A stretch of 42,151 bases of DNA from Seison nebaliae (GCA_023231475.1 JALJEE010001892.1:1-42151); one strand, 5' to 3'. Counted from the stretch's first letter, positions 1 to 12,254 are shown. Numbers and translations are program-made. Notes: generated by a model not told the origin, from the sequence alone.

Positions 1-243
1 AGTGTAAAAATTTTTTCAATCCGGTTATCTTCTTTTGTTCTTATTATTCGATTGATGTTCCTGAATCTTTCGATGAAGCTCTTTACATTTCTTCTAACTT
101 CGATATTACTTCTCATATTCCGGAATATTTACGAGATGAAATCGTGATTGGAAGAAAACTTATCACTGACAATTTGTACAGTAATATATCTCATTTTCTT
201 TTTAATTTACCTCGAGGGGATTTGATTTTATAATAAAAAAAAA
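1..243 (+). mobile_element. 3' end of a degenerate LINE (non-LTR retrotransposon), truncated by the window edge
   Basis: Ends in aatttacctcgagggggatttg followed by AATAAA/A-tract. This is a variant of the tttatcccgaNgggaattt tail motif of the clearer LINE copies at 404-1112 and 40722-41215. Confidence 0.45.
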
Positions 244-403
244 TATTCCATTAAACAACTGTTCTTTCAGTTTAAAATTTATCTGCATATCGATCTTTCC
301 TGTCGCAACATGTTCTTTACTATGTTAATGATCGTTTCAGAAAGAGACAGACCTTTCTCCAGTTCATTAAATTAGTAGAACCGTCGTTGGTTGATTGTAT
401 TTG

Positions 404-1112
404 TTATTATTATTATTTATTAGAGAAATTCCCGTCGGGATAAATTTGAAGAATAGATAAAAAATTTCGATCTTCGCCAACGTCGATCAATCGGTGTAAT
501 TCGGTAAGAGAATCCTGATCGATTGGTATAGAATCTGAGGGATCGTAAGAAAAAATGAAATTTCTCAAATCTTGGAGAAGATTATCGCGAGATAAATCGT
601 AGTATCGAATAGTATGACTAAAGACTGAGCGATTATGAAAATGATACATGTGTAGAAGTTCTATTCCGAAATTTTGTCGATAAGAGTAAAAACGCGACGA
701 CAAAAGAGAATCGGCAACGGCACGAGACCAACTATTGCGAAAAGTAGAGAACGGTTACATCTGTGAAAACAACCGATTAATCTCCTGATAAGATGATTGT
801 ACGCCCGGTCGATCTACAAGAATGAACGTTGAGTGCATAAAAATATCTCTTAAAAAGCTGTAGACGTAGTTTAGGAGGAACGAACTTCGTCTTAGGAGAG
901 AAAGAGAAGAGCGTTTTACATAATTTGTTACAAACATGATCTAACACCATGGAGGATAGACAACAGAGGTCAATGGTTGAGCCAAGAAAGGTTTAGTGGT
1001 GGAAGATTTAAGTGGAATCGACGAGAAAGATGGTAAACCGGTTGATAGTAGACAACATTTAGAATGATTTATAGATATACCTCGTTGTGTAAGAAGTGAT
1101 GAAAGAGATCCA
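404..1112 (-). mobile_element. 5'-truncated, frameshifted LINE: reverse-transcriptase C-terminus, 3' stem-loop and (TAA)n tail
   Basis: Across frameshifts the minus strand reads TQRGISINHSKCCLL...FLGSTIDL...DHVCNKLCKTLF...KLRLQLFKRYF...HTIRYYDL, typical of the non-LTR RT thumb and C-terminal region. It ends in tttatcccgacgggaattt, then aataaataataataata. Clearly similar to 40722-41215. Confidence 0.8.
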
Positions 1113-1476
1113 TTATTGAAAATATTAATAATATTGCAATATAATATTAGAATCATTATAATAATGCAATGGACAGTTTTGAAATGGTAGAAATATTTCT
1201 AAATTAATTATAAATAATAAAACTAGTTGAAAACGACGAATTAATTGTAAATTTTTTGATTTTCAGTACATATTTCTCGAATTGAAATGAGTAAAAAATG
1301 AAATAAATTGATAAGAAATTTTGTTGTTCGTTATTGTTCGATTTGGAAGCTTATGAACTAAAGGGAAATTGTATGAGAATCGAAATTCATATTCTACATA
1401 CATCAAAAGGTAAACCGTCTCTCAAATTATAGAGGCGATTATTAAATTTCTTATTGGGAAAATTTGAAGAAAGTTG

Positions 1477-4400
1477 ATGACGGAGAAGTTCAATTCTAAC
1501 CCGAATAATTCCTTTCCGGGTAATCTGATGAAGAACAATGGACATCGATTGAACACGATGAATAATAGGCCGTTGTTGCCATATGCTCCAACGATGGACG
1601 GAACGCCAACGATCAATTTGGCACAACCATCATCTTGTTATCATGTTGGTGGTAATGGAATGGGAAATGGAATGAATATAAATAACGCCTTAGAATTACA
1701 TAATCGTTCCGGTCTCGATATGGGAGATCATTTGAATGAAATGAACGGCAATTTTGACAATAAAGATTTAGTGAATAAATTCATAGTGAATAATGGAAGT
1801 TCGATGGAAATGAATCCATCGAATAGTTTATCGATGAATTTAATGCAAATGAAAACGAATGAATTGAAAGGAGCTGCCATACATCTTCCATTTAGTATCA
1901 CCGTTCCACCACCCACAATCTTTCCAACTACTTCATCCAAACCATGTCTCAGTCAACCACCAGATTTCCATGCCACTTCCATTGAACGGAAAAAATTACC
2001 AGTTCGTTGTGTAACTCCACAACAGGAATTAATATCGAAAGATTGGTTGAGAGTGTGGAAACAACAATCGATATATGTCGATTGGTTAGAACGACAAATC
2101 AGACAATATAAAGTCAATGAGAGAATTAGTGGAATGTGTGAGAAATTATGTCGCAACAACGAAGATAATTGCAAATCGGAGAAATTAAATGAAATCCATA
2201 ATCTTCTCAAAACCATTGTTCCCGTTAAAGAGAAGATGGAACGATATCCGAAAAAACCTACAATCGTTCCCATGGCAACCGAACATCGAACAATAACAGA
2301 AAATTGTTTAATTCGAATTAGTGAAAAATTCGATCAAAATAAATTAAATAATAATAAAATTAATTTATTCGATCAGAATGTGGAAGAAGTGACACAAGAA
2401 GTCGATTCTCCCATTGACCTCATCGAATGGCAACGGAAACAAATCGGTCTTTTGCAACATCTTCTCACTCAACGTGATTTAGAGGTGAAACAATTGAGAT
2501 GTGCCATCATCGGGAAATTTAGTGTTTATCGACAAATGAAATCTTTTGCTCCCATTTTCAATTCCATAAGTAAAAGTTTAAAATTTTTTAAATTTAATTA
2601 TTATATTTTAATATTTTAAATTTATTTTCAATTTTTTAAAAATCAGATGAATTAAATCGAAGGAAACGAGAAATGCATTTGAATTATTCACGAAATTCTT
2701 TCGATGGAGTTTCCACTTTAGACGATTTGAACATTTGGAGTGATACAGAACAACGACATATGATCAACAATTGTCTATGGATCGATCCGACTCTCGGTTT
2801 AATTTACGAAAAAATTAAGAAGGAAAGAGATGATTGGAAGAGGAAATATTCCGATTTGGAATCGGAATTACATATGGCTAAATGGAATGAAACTAGTTCG
2901 AATGGAAGACGATTATTGGAGAGATGTCGAGCCTTATTGAAAGAGAACGAGGAATTGGGACAACAACTTCTTGATAAGAATGTGGATCGATTAAAGAATG
3001 CTCTTTATATCGAACGGTTTGTGAAACAAGAGGAACTCATTAAAATTATCAAAGAAATGAAAATGATTATTGGACGACAATCATCTCAAATCCATTTCTT
3101 AGAACTTCAATTACAAAAAACGAATTTAACTCAAATGATAACACCATTCGATCATTCATCCACATCATCATTGATAGATTGTGAAAAAGATGATGATTTC
3201 GATAATAATGATGGTGAAAATGATGATTTTTATGCTTTGGATCAAAACAATTTCGAAAATTCAGATATGGAGACAACTGATATGGAAATAGATGACGATG
3301 AGAATAAATCAGAGAATTGGGAAGATGATGATGATTCTATTGACGAGAAGAAAAAAGATGATTTCGATAAGAATAAAACAGAAGATTTAGATGAGATTAA
3401 GAAATCGGATTCTAATAAGAAGAAAAAAAATAATTCAGAGCAAAAAGAAAAATATGATTTTTCTAAAAATAAAAAATCTGATCAGATGGAAATATTTGAA
3501 TCGAGTTCAAAGAAAAATGATAAATCAGGTTCGAAAGAGAAATCTGAATTGAAGAAAAAAGATAAATCTGAATCGAAGAAAAAAGAAAAATCATATTTGA
3601 TGGAAAAGTTTCAATCGAAAAAAAAAGATGAATCAGATTTGATGGAAAATTTTCAATCGAAAAAAAAAGATAAATCAGATTCGATGGAAGAAGAACAATC
3701 AGATCCGATAGAAAAATTTGAATCGAAGAAAAAAGAAAAATCAGATCCGATAGAAAAATTTGAATCAAAGAAAAAAGAAAAATCAGATCCGATAGAAAAA
3801 TTTGAATCGAAGAAAAAAGATAAAAGAGATTCGATGGAAAATTTTGAATCGAAGAAAAAAGATAAAAGAGATTCGATGGAAAATTTTGAATCGAAGAAAA
3901 AAGATAAATCTGATACAATAATGAAATCAGAAAGGAATTTAAAAGAAAAAGTTAAATCTGATGTGATGGAACTGGATGTCAATTCTGATAGAGAAGAAAG
4001 ATATGAAACGAACAATGAAGATTTTGATGAATATGATGAAGAAAACTACTTAGAAGAAAGTGGAAAATTGGAACAAAATGAAATATCTCTCAAAAACGGT
4101 CTCGTCTATTACGAGGACGAAGAAGATGATGATGCGAAATATTATGATGATGATGTCTTCGAAAGAGAGATAGGTGTTGACGAGGGAGAAGATGAAGTTG
4201 ATGAGACAAATGATGAATTTGAGAAATTATTGAAAAATTTCAAAATAGAAGAAGAAGAGACAGATGGAGAATTTGAGAGTAATAATTTGAGATCAGAAGA
4301 CGAGAAAAACGTTTATAAAAAAATCGATAATTTTATTGATGGGAAATTTGAGGAATCAAGGAAATATGATGAGATGAAGAGTAAAAATTGGAAAAGTCAA

Positions 4401-4625
4401 AAAGAAGAATTACTCGTCAAATCATTGGTACGTCGATCAATTCTATCGAGAATACCGAACAGTTCGAATAAAACTCAACTCGTCTCTTTATTAGATAAAT
4501 TAGAAGAATCTTCTGTTGTCATTTCTTCGGAGAATGACGGAAGAAAACGATTATTAGTTGGCGATCAATTCGTATCGGACGGCAAACGATCAAGAAGATG
4601 TAACGAAGAAAGGATACATTTCTGA
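1477..4625 (+). CDS. WTAP: WTAP/Fl(2)d homolog (m6A writer-complex subunit, splicing regulator), ~1025 aa, two exons
   Basis: Exon 1 is 1477-2575 (or -2569), the intron ends at CAG 2646, and exon 2 is 2647-4625 (phase 1 fits). WTAP-like motifs on both sides of the intron: WLRVWKQQSIYVDWLE, LLTQRDLEVKQL, DPTLGLIYEKIKKE, and SSNGRRLLERCRALLKENEELGQQL (cf. SQTGKKLMAKCRMLIQENQELGRQL). Confidence 0.85.
3600..3918 (+). repeat. 42-bp (14-aa) coding tandem repeat in the WTAP C-terminal extension
   Basis: About 7 copies of (M/I)E(K/N)F(E/Q)SKKK(D/E)K(S/R)D(P/S). Near-identical nucleotide units such as gaaaaatttgaatcgaagaaaaaagaaaaatcagatccgata. Confidence 0.95.
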
Positions 4626-5306
4626 GTTTCTATTTTTCATCCATCCCTCTTGTTCTCATTATTTATTGTTTATTTGTTTTTCAATAAATTTCGAACAATT
4701 TTGGAAATTTTTCCTATTTAAATTCTCCTCAAAATTATTTTTCTTATATAGCCAAATTTCATTTTGCTATCCATTTTAATTTCGAGAATTTCTATTTTTT
4801 AATCATCCGCAATTTTTAATTTTTAAATTTCTATTAAATTAAGTCGAATTTCTGATAAATGGAATTGTATTTAATAAAAATTTGACGAAGTTAATTGAGA
4901 AGAATTGCATCAGTTCCAATATGGAATTGGATGAAATTTTAATGAGAGTTCTGCGAAATACGTTTGTGTCAATGTTTGTTGAGATTCGGATTTTTATGTT
5001 ATCGATAATGGGGAGAATGAGGCGGGAGATGAAATGGTGAATATACGGAATTTGTAGATGAATAAACAAAACTTCAATTCTCGTCAGTTGTTGTCGATGG
5101 CGTTTTGATATGGAAAGATTGGAAAGTAAATAGTTTGATTAGATAACTTGCGAGTTTATCTTAAGCTGCGAGTAAATAAATGTTTCGTTAGAAAGTATCT
5201 ATGTCTTCTTCTCATGATGGATGGAAACCATTAGATTTTATTAAGAGATCTTCCATCATTCACGTTCTTTTAAGGAACAGTATTATTTAATTCGTTTTTC
5301 GATTGG

Positions 5307-6551
5307 ATGAGAAATAAAATGATTCAATTAAACTATCGATCTATTTACCTTCTTCTTATCGTCTCATTCCTCAATTCATTATTAGCGAAGGAATCGATTG
5401 ATAAAATGGAAGCATTTCCTGATTTTGATGATATGAATATAATACGAGTTCGTCGTGCTGATTATGAAGCATATAGTTGGGAGAATAGTCCATGGAATAA
5501 AAAGAATCGAGAGAAGACTAACGAAATTGAAATAGAGACAACGAGAAAACGATGGGAATGGACAGCAAAACCCAGAACGACCACTCAGATTATCACTTCA
5601 TTGAAGAAAACGAATAAAATAAATTGGAATTCAACAAAGAAAAGAACAACAACAAAGAAATCAACGACCAAACGACCAATAACAACATTGAGAGTTTGTA
5701 ATATTAACGGAGTCTATAATTGTCCTGGTGCCATCAATCCGAAAGAGATCATTCCAACAGAACCGACATTGAAAGAGTTATATGAATGGTGTGATAGGGG
5801 CAAGAAATATATCGAGTGTGTCAATGATAAGGCGATGTGTTGTGATATGTATCCTCATTATCGGAGTCGATTGAAAGCTCTGGAAACTCAATTGAAAGAC
5901 GCCGCGGGTAAATTCGGACGATTATGTGCTGGGATTGGTCGAATGAATGCAGCGAAATTTTATTGTGCACCTCCCACAACTACTACAACTCCCACCGTTC
6001 CTCCATGGGTCCTACGTGAACAAGAACGTATTCGAAAAGAAAAAGGTATAACTTTGAGACCAACACGTACTACTGGACGTTCTACAACATCATCAACAAC
6101 AACGAAGATTGGTCAAGTCGTTATGTTGCCTCAATGTGAAACGCAGAAGATGGAAGAATTATGTTCCCCCATATTACGTGGACGACATCGTTTCCAGATA
6201 AAATGGTCAGCGTCTGCTAAAATGAAATGGTGCGAAGATGTTCGACGATACGTTCAGTGTTCGGAGCAAACGGTAATTCATTGTAATTTTACAGGAGATG
6301 ATAAATTGGAACAAGAAGTTCAACGTATCACTTCCATTGTTGATGCCTATACAAAAATCAGTGGATTAAAATGTCCGGGTGGTCTACACGGCTGTGAGAG
6401 TGTGACGGGTGTGATGGATCTCCGATGTCAGAAAGGCTCGTCCTATTTTCACAATAATCTCATATCTTTCTCTCATAAACATTTAACTAATATCTTCCTA
6501 ACAACTTTTCTGATTCCTTTCAATTTGTTATTGGGGAACGTCTTATTATGA
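5307..6551 (+). CDS. Intronless, probably GPI-anchored surface protein with two Cys-rich domains and Thr-rich linkers
   Basis: 414-aa ORF with an N-terminal hydrophobic signal (IYLLLIVSFLNSLLA) and an RVRR furin-type site. Two repeats of WCx5Yx2Cx7C, and a hydrophobic C-terminus with no cytoplasmic tail. Confidence 0.8.
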   Translation: MRNKMIQLNYRSIYLLLIVSFLNSLLAKESIDKMEAFPDFDDMNIIRVRRADYEAYSWENSPWNKKNREKTNEIEIETTRKRWEWTAKPRTTTQIITSLKKTNKINWNSTKKRTTTKKSTTKRPITTLRVCNINGVYNCPGAINPKEIIPTEPTLKELYEWCDRGKKYIECVNDKAMCCDMYPHYRSRLKALETQLKDAAGKFGRLCAGIGRMNAAKFYCAPPTTTTTPTVPPWVLREQERIRKEKGITLRPTRTTGRSTTSSTTTKIGQVVMLPQCETQKMEELCSPILRGRHRFQIKWSASAKMKWCEDVRRYVQCSEQTVIHCNFTGDDKLEQEVQRITSIVDAYTKISGLKCPGGLHGCESVTGVMDLRCQKGSSYFHNNLISFSHKHLTNIFLTTFLIPFNLLLGNVLL

Positions 6552-9168
6552 TGAACCGTTCCTTCTTTCCTGTCGACGATATTTTGTATTTGTCAATAAA
6601 CTTTTAATAATTTTTATCGTTAATATTTTGAAAGAAGAAGAAAAAATTAGTTGTTCGTTCATTATAAGAACTTCGTTTTTTCCTCGTTATAACAAATGAA
6701 AGTGTAGCAGATGTTAAATCAATATTACACTTATCAACGGTTGAGATATAGAGAGAAAACCAGATTTTATTGGGAAGAATTCCCGTTCTAGTTTAATGGA
6801 GAATTGATAGAAACGAATACTCTCCCATAATGGTCACACTAATGTTTATTTGACGAATTACATCAGTTGTGAAACGTTAGTATTGGGAATGAGCTGAAGA
6901 ATTTTAATTTATGGTATCCTCATAAAATAACGACTTCCCGGAGGTAATCGCCTACCGTTTTAACGACTTGTTTTTACTTAATGTTTCCTTTCCCTTTGAG
7001 AATACACGTTCATAAAAAATTTCGTTTCCGTCCCTCCATCATACGTTCTCCCATTGCCTATTGTTTGATAGTGATAAAAAAAGAAAAACGTTTCTTCGTT
7101 TCTTATGAAAGAAAAAAAAAGTTAATTCCAAGGTTGATGTCGATGAAGAAAGTGTAAGATGAGAAATGTCTTCTAGAACAAATGAGGAATAAATGAGAAA
7201 GAATTTATTTATTTGTTCACGTGACTCCTATCGTCTATCTCGTTTTACGGAGACAATAATTTCCTTAAGAATTTTGCCGATATAATACGAATGGAAATTA
7301 GCTTCTTATGACTAACTGAAATCATCCTTACAAATCATCGTATTGTTCGTATAAGAGTCATAGCATCATATGTATAATTTGGTAATAGGAATTTATAGAA
7401 GCAGAAGAAATTATATTTATAATAATTATAAACTATTCCGATTATTTATCAAAACTTATACATTAAATGATGAATTTAATATGAGATTTAGTTGGAATTG
7501 ATTAGCAGAATAAATTTCTGTATAGTTATAAGTTTGACATATAGATATGTATATCCATATTCTGATACAATATCACACAATCTACAGATGGATGGTGCTT
7601 ATCTCTCGAATAGACTAAATAGTAGGCAAATTGGAAATTAATTGATTGTTAGAATGAGTTCCTCTTTTTCCTATTTCCATCTACGTACCATAATGTGACA
7701 TTATGTAACCCATTGTGTTGAGGAGTAGGAGAAAATCTGTAGAGGAATTACAATTCTCCAATAACTGATGACATGTGACACACATATGGATCTGATGCAC
7801 ATTCAGTAGAAATTTGCATATTCAACTCCCATCAATAATTATTTCCTCCAAATGCAATTGTGCGGTAGAAGGAATCGTATGACACTGCCAATCATCATAA
7901 CTATTATCAAAAATTGAATAAGAAGAAAAGCAAGAAATTAAGTTTATTCCATTCTCAATTTGGCAGTTAAACGAACCTAGTAGAACAAAAGGAAGTGCAA
8001 TAGGCCACCGAGAGAAGAGAAAACCAAATTGTCTTCCCAACTAGGAAATGATGTCCGCATGTGAATGATGGTGATGGTGATGGTGATAAGATGTGAATAG
8101 GTGATATAGGTGCAAACGAACAAGTCATTCGAGTATGAAATATAAAGAGAAGCTTTTGTCTGTTTGTCGACGAGTTTATCCTCCACAGACACTGTTCGAC
8201 GAGGAAGGTTATCGAACTCTTCTGATTTAGAAGGAAAAAAAAGAGTTTTGAGATATCTGGGACATCTGATGCTCTTCAGTTCAAATTGAACGATGAAGAA
8301 AATTATAATAAATGAAGTTTCCGATTTGATGATTCGACTGATTAAGGAAATGAAATGTAACTCTATGCTAATCGAGTCGCTGTCTTCTTTCCTTCTTTTT
8401 TAAGGAGATACATTTCTTTTCAGAAGAGATTTATTCAGTTTGACTTCTAATGGAAAGTTGGCACTCTCTTATATTGTTATTCTAATTTGATGATATTAAT
8501 GTTCTGAAAACATATCAAAAGTGAATAGGTATGAATTGGATGGAATTCCGTATCATTAACGGAAATTAGTGTTGGTGGAAGAATTGGTGATGTTCTCATA
8601 AAAATTTGTTAAATGATGACATGTCATGAATGGAAATATATTTTCATATTGTTCATGGAGAAGTTGATTTAGGAAATTAGTTAGGAACTTCTTCAACAAT
8701 TCCTCTTTTCAATTCCATCATATGAGATACGTATCGATGGGAAGTGTTCGAAGAATGTTATGAATAAGAATCATTTTCTCCGATAATTAAGTTTGCCGAG
8801 TCGAGTTAGATGTGGAAAAACAAATGATTCATTCTTCTAATGATGTTGGATCGAATTATATATGTAGATGATATGAAGATGATCGATGATGAGTCACCAT
8901 CTATGAATATTAATAAAATACAAATTACCAACTTTTCTCCATCTTCTTTCCTTCTTTCTTTCATTTAGTTTATTGATGAAATATAATTACTAATATATTA
9001 ACATAATGTCGTCGTTGTTGTTGTTAAAAAGGATGAATATAAATCTTTTAACTTCCTCTTCCATGAACTGATCATTTTGATGTGCAATACAAATATTCCT
9101 TCTCGATAATTTCTTTCTTTATTTCTTTCATTCTCTCGATATTTATTATCTTCTTGATATTTGTCAGA

Positions 9169-9855
9169 ATGGTTGCACAAAAACTCGATACAATGGACTT
9201 GCAACAACTTGATTTTATTTCGGATCTTCCTCTCAATTGGAGCACAGCTCAAGCATTTCGACAAGGACGACATCAATCTTGTTTAATCGAGTCCAATTGT
9301 CAAAAGAATGAAATCTTCACAAATCCTTCAACAAAACCTGCATTACCACCAACCATCCCTCCTCCTACAACAACAACAATTGCTACTTCGTTAGTCAATC
9401 CTCCTTTGGGATTGTCGATCGCTAATGATGGATATCTCATCACCATCGATATTGGTCAATCATTTATGGAGAATGATGTCGAATTGGAACGAATCGAACA
9501 GACACACTCGATAGAAATTATTGTGAAGAAATTGAAAATTAATAGGAAATTCAAATTACCATCATCAGCAGATATTATGAATGTGAAAATTATGAAGCAT
9601 TCCAAACAACCAACATTCCTCATACTCCAAATTCCTCGATATGCTCAACCACAAATTCGTCTGAGAGAGAAATCGACATTGAACGGAAATAACTTCACCA
9701 ATCGTCCATGTTCGAGAACATCGATCTACGTGGAGAAAGCTGAAAAGATGTTAATGGATCTGGAGAATTTATCTCAGAATTTAGATGCACTAAAAAAGAA
9801 TCATCCAGATCGTAGACTCTCAATTGCCAATCTCTCAATTACTGAAAGTAAATAA
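9169..9855 (+). CDS. Small heat-shock protein (alpha-crystallin/HSP20 domain)
   Basis: First ATG at 9169. YLITIDIGQSFMENDVEL...RKFKLPSSADIMNV...LILQIPR follows the alpha-crystallin strand pattern (F.V.LDV..F.PEEL / R.Y.LP..VD...V / L.I.AP). Confidence 0.75.
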   Translation: MVAQKLDTMDLQQLDFISDLPLNWSTAQAFRQGRHQSCLIESNCQKNEIFTNPSTKPALPPTIPPPTTTTIATSLVNPPLGLSIANDGYLITIDIGQSFMENDVELERIEQTHSIEIIVKKLKINRKFKLPSSADIMNVKIMKHSKQPTFLILQIPRYAQPQIRLREKSTLNGNNFTNRPCSRTSIYVEKAEKMLMDLENLSQNLDALKKNHPDRRLSIANLSITESK

Positions 9856-10725
9856 AACTTACAAAATAAACTCACAAATTAAACATACCAGTCGTAGTAT
9901 TCAAAATTTTCAAATAAAAAAAACATTGAAAATATATAAGAATTCTCCTTTTCTCACATATGCATATCACTGCCCACTTCCAAGGTAAAATATTTGATAA
10001 TATTATTTCCATTTTTCTCACCCTCTTCCTTCTCCTCTCTTGGAAACTTTGGAACATATAACATGTCCAACTCTTATTAGAATGGATTGAACTGATCGCT
10101 TTTTCAAGAACTTTATTTGCAATTTTATTTATTCATTTCTCCTTCATCAATTATGATTGATCTCATTTCTCAATTCTCATAATCTTCTCACAGTTTTCTT
10201 TTAGAAGTTCCAAAAATAATTCTTGAAAAATTAAATTTTATCAATATATTCTTGAAATAATTAACGACACTAAATTGAAATTAATTGGAAAATAAATATG
10301 TTTAATTCTCCAACATTGTAATAGGAATGAAAAAAAATATAAAACGTGAAGAATATATTTTTATTTTAATGTCGCCGCTTTGAGACGGCGTCTCAGAAGA
10401 AACTTATAAGTGATTTTCATTCGATTATACGTACCAAAAACATTATAATTTAAGAGTGGCAATAGCTATGATCTTTTAACAATTGATGCATTCAATATTC
10501 AAGTCAACAATAAATTGGGAAAAGTAAAGTGAAATAAATAGTAATTGTGTCAGAAATAATTTTGAAAAAAATTTATTCCTCTTAAAAAATTGATATGAAA
10601 ATGGAGAATAGTTGAAAGTTGAATGTAAATAAGATTATGAACAAGAAGAATACTGAACTTCAGTAACTGAAGAATAGGAAATGATTCAATAAATAAATTC
10701 ATGTAAAAAACAAATAAGAGAAAAT

Positions 10726-11154
10726 TCATGACAAATTCGCTACATACGAAATGCGACGACGTTTCCGTTCATTATTATTTCTCGTTAATGTATTATTTCG
10801 TTTCAAACGAATGATTTCTTCTCCGCTCTTCTTCACATTCTCCGTATACTCTATCATTTGCTTCTCTAAAATTTCATCTTCTTCCTTCGAAAATTTGGTG
10901 TGGGCAATCGGATAAAGTTCTTTTTGTTCTTCGAACGTCAATTCGTAGGATTTGGGAAGTGGTTGATTGTAGTACCGTCCATACTTCGACCACATTAACA
11001 TCGTCACATATACGAATTGTTGTAATTGGTCATAAGTTTTATTACTCCCACTGTGTGATGAAGATGATGAGGGTGATGGTGACTTTTCACCACACATCAA
11101 GTTCGTTGATTCGATGGTGGACTCACATGAATCATCCGAGGCAGTTTCATCCAT
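10726..11154 (-). CDS. Small hypothetical protein (142 aa), Ser-rich N-terminus and basic NLS-like C-terminus
   Basis: ATG at 11154 directly after a CAG acceptor of a probable 5'UTR GTT intron (~11212-11156). Protein-like composition; ends ERKRRRISY. Confidence 0.6.
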   Translation of the reverse strand: MDETASDDSCESTIESTNLMCGEKSPSPSSSSSHSGSNKTYDQLQQFVYVTMLMWSKYGRYYNQPLPKSYELTFEEQKELYPIAHTKFSKEEDEILEKQMIEYTENVKKSGEEIIRLKRNNTLTRNNNERKRRRISYVANLS

Positions 11155-11712
11155 TCTGTTTTGAAGGGAAGAAAAAGTCATAAAATAGAAGGAAAAATTC
11201 TTTTTGAAAAACAAAATCAAATATCAGAGGAGAGTAGTCATTATGTGTTCGTTTTGGTGTGAGGTGAGGGAACCAAATGAGACTGTTTATTCAAACATAT
11301 CTTTTGCACACAATATTCCTCTCTCGCACTAATTCCTTTAAATATTGACACAATTTTACGTAACATGTCGTATGTACATATGTCATCCATTCATCCACTG
11401 GACTGATGGGGGGTTACAGATTCTTTTACCTCATGTACTTCTCTAATCGGTTCAAGCTAATTATATAACGACTATTGACGTCTGCCGCTTGTGATATGGC
11501 GGGTGATAAATGAAGAAATAACATTTCAATTAATATGGCAAGTGAGGCAGGTGAATGCACCTAGGAAATTTATTCTTTTCATGTAATCAATTACAGGAAT
11601 TACTTGTCCATTCTTGTTGGGAGGAAATGTCTCTCAAATCAATTAATTGCCAAGTACATTCCGAAGTAGTTAGTTGAGGATATGAAAGATATTCCATCAA
11701 ACAACTTCCTTA

Positions 11713-12254
11713 CAAGGGAAGTAACTGATATGCAGTAAATGAAATTGAATATAAAAAAAACTAAAATACATTAAAAATAATACTGATCAGGATAGCATTT
11801 TTATTTTTTGCCAAATAGTTCAATTAGTGTCTATATTGGAGGAAAACTCATATATACATTATATTACAAATCAATTGGATTTCTGTATATAAATTTTTTA
11901 TTTCGGGGCGTGGTCTATGAACGTTCCCAACGCCACAACGATGGGACACACGTCTCATGCAACGTAGAGATCTCCTACCACTGACCTTACAGGAGATCGA
12001 TTAAAAAATTTCAGTTTATCCCGATGGGAATTTCAATTAAAATTAAAAAAAAACTAATTCAAAATTTATACACCAATCACATATGTCATCATAAATCTAT
12101 TGATTTGTAATATATGAGTTTTACTCCAATATAGACACTAATTGAAATATTTGGAAAAAAATAAAAATGCTATCCTGATCAGTATTATTTTTAATGTATT
12201 TTACTTTTTTTTTTATATTAAATTTCGTTTCCTGCATATCAGATACATTCCTTG
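11713..12254. mobile_element. MITE/foldback-type element with ~190-bp imperfect inverted arms
   Basis: The left arm ~11713-11899 (aatacattaaaaataatactgatcaggatagcatttttatttttt...tcaattagtgtctatattggag) is the reverse complement of the right arm ~12061-12254. Ends are TA|CAAGG and CCTTG|TTA, reminiscent of Tc1/mariner termini. No transposase ORF. Confidence 0.85.

Noticed and set aside
3067..4015. Antisense ORFs over the WTAP tail, and similar shadows over the KDM2-like gene, CCDC180 and UBR
   Set aside because: Low-complexity mirror frames of real genes or repeats, with no independent coding signal.
4839..5069. Minus-strand 76-aa ORF and plus-strand 39-aa ORF (4921-5040)
   Set aside because: No homology cues; at most a uORF of the 5307 gene.
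7822..8225. Minus-strand ORFs behind an acceptor-like site near 8222
   Set aside because: No recognisable motif, no convincing start or upstream exon, and part of the openness comes from a gtgatg repeat.
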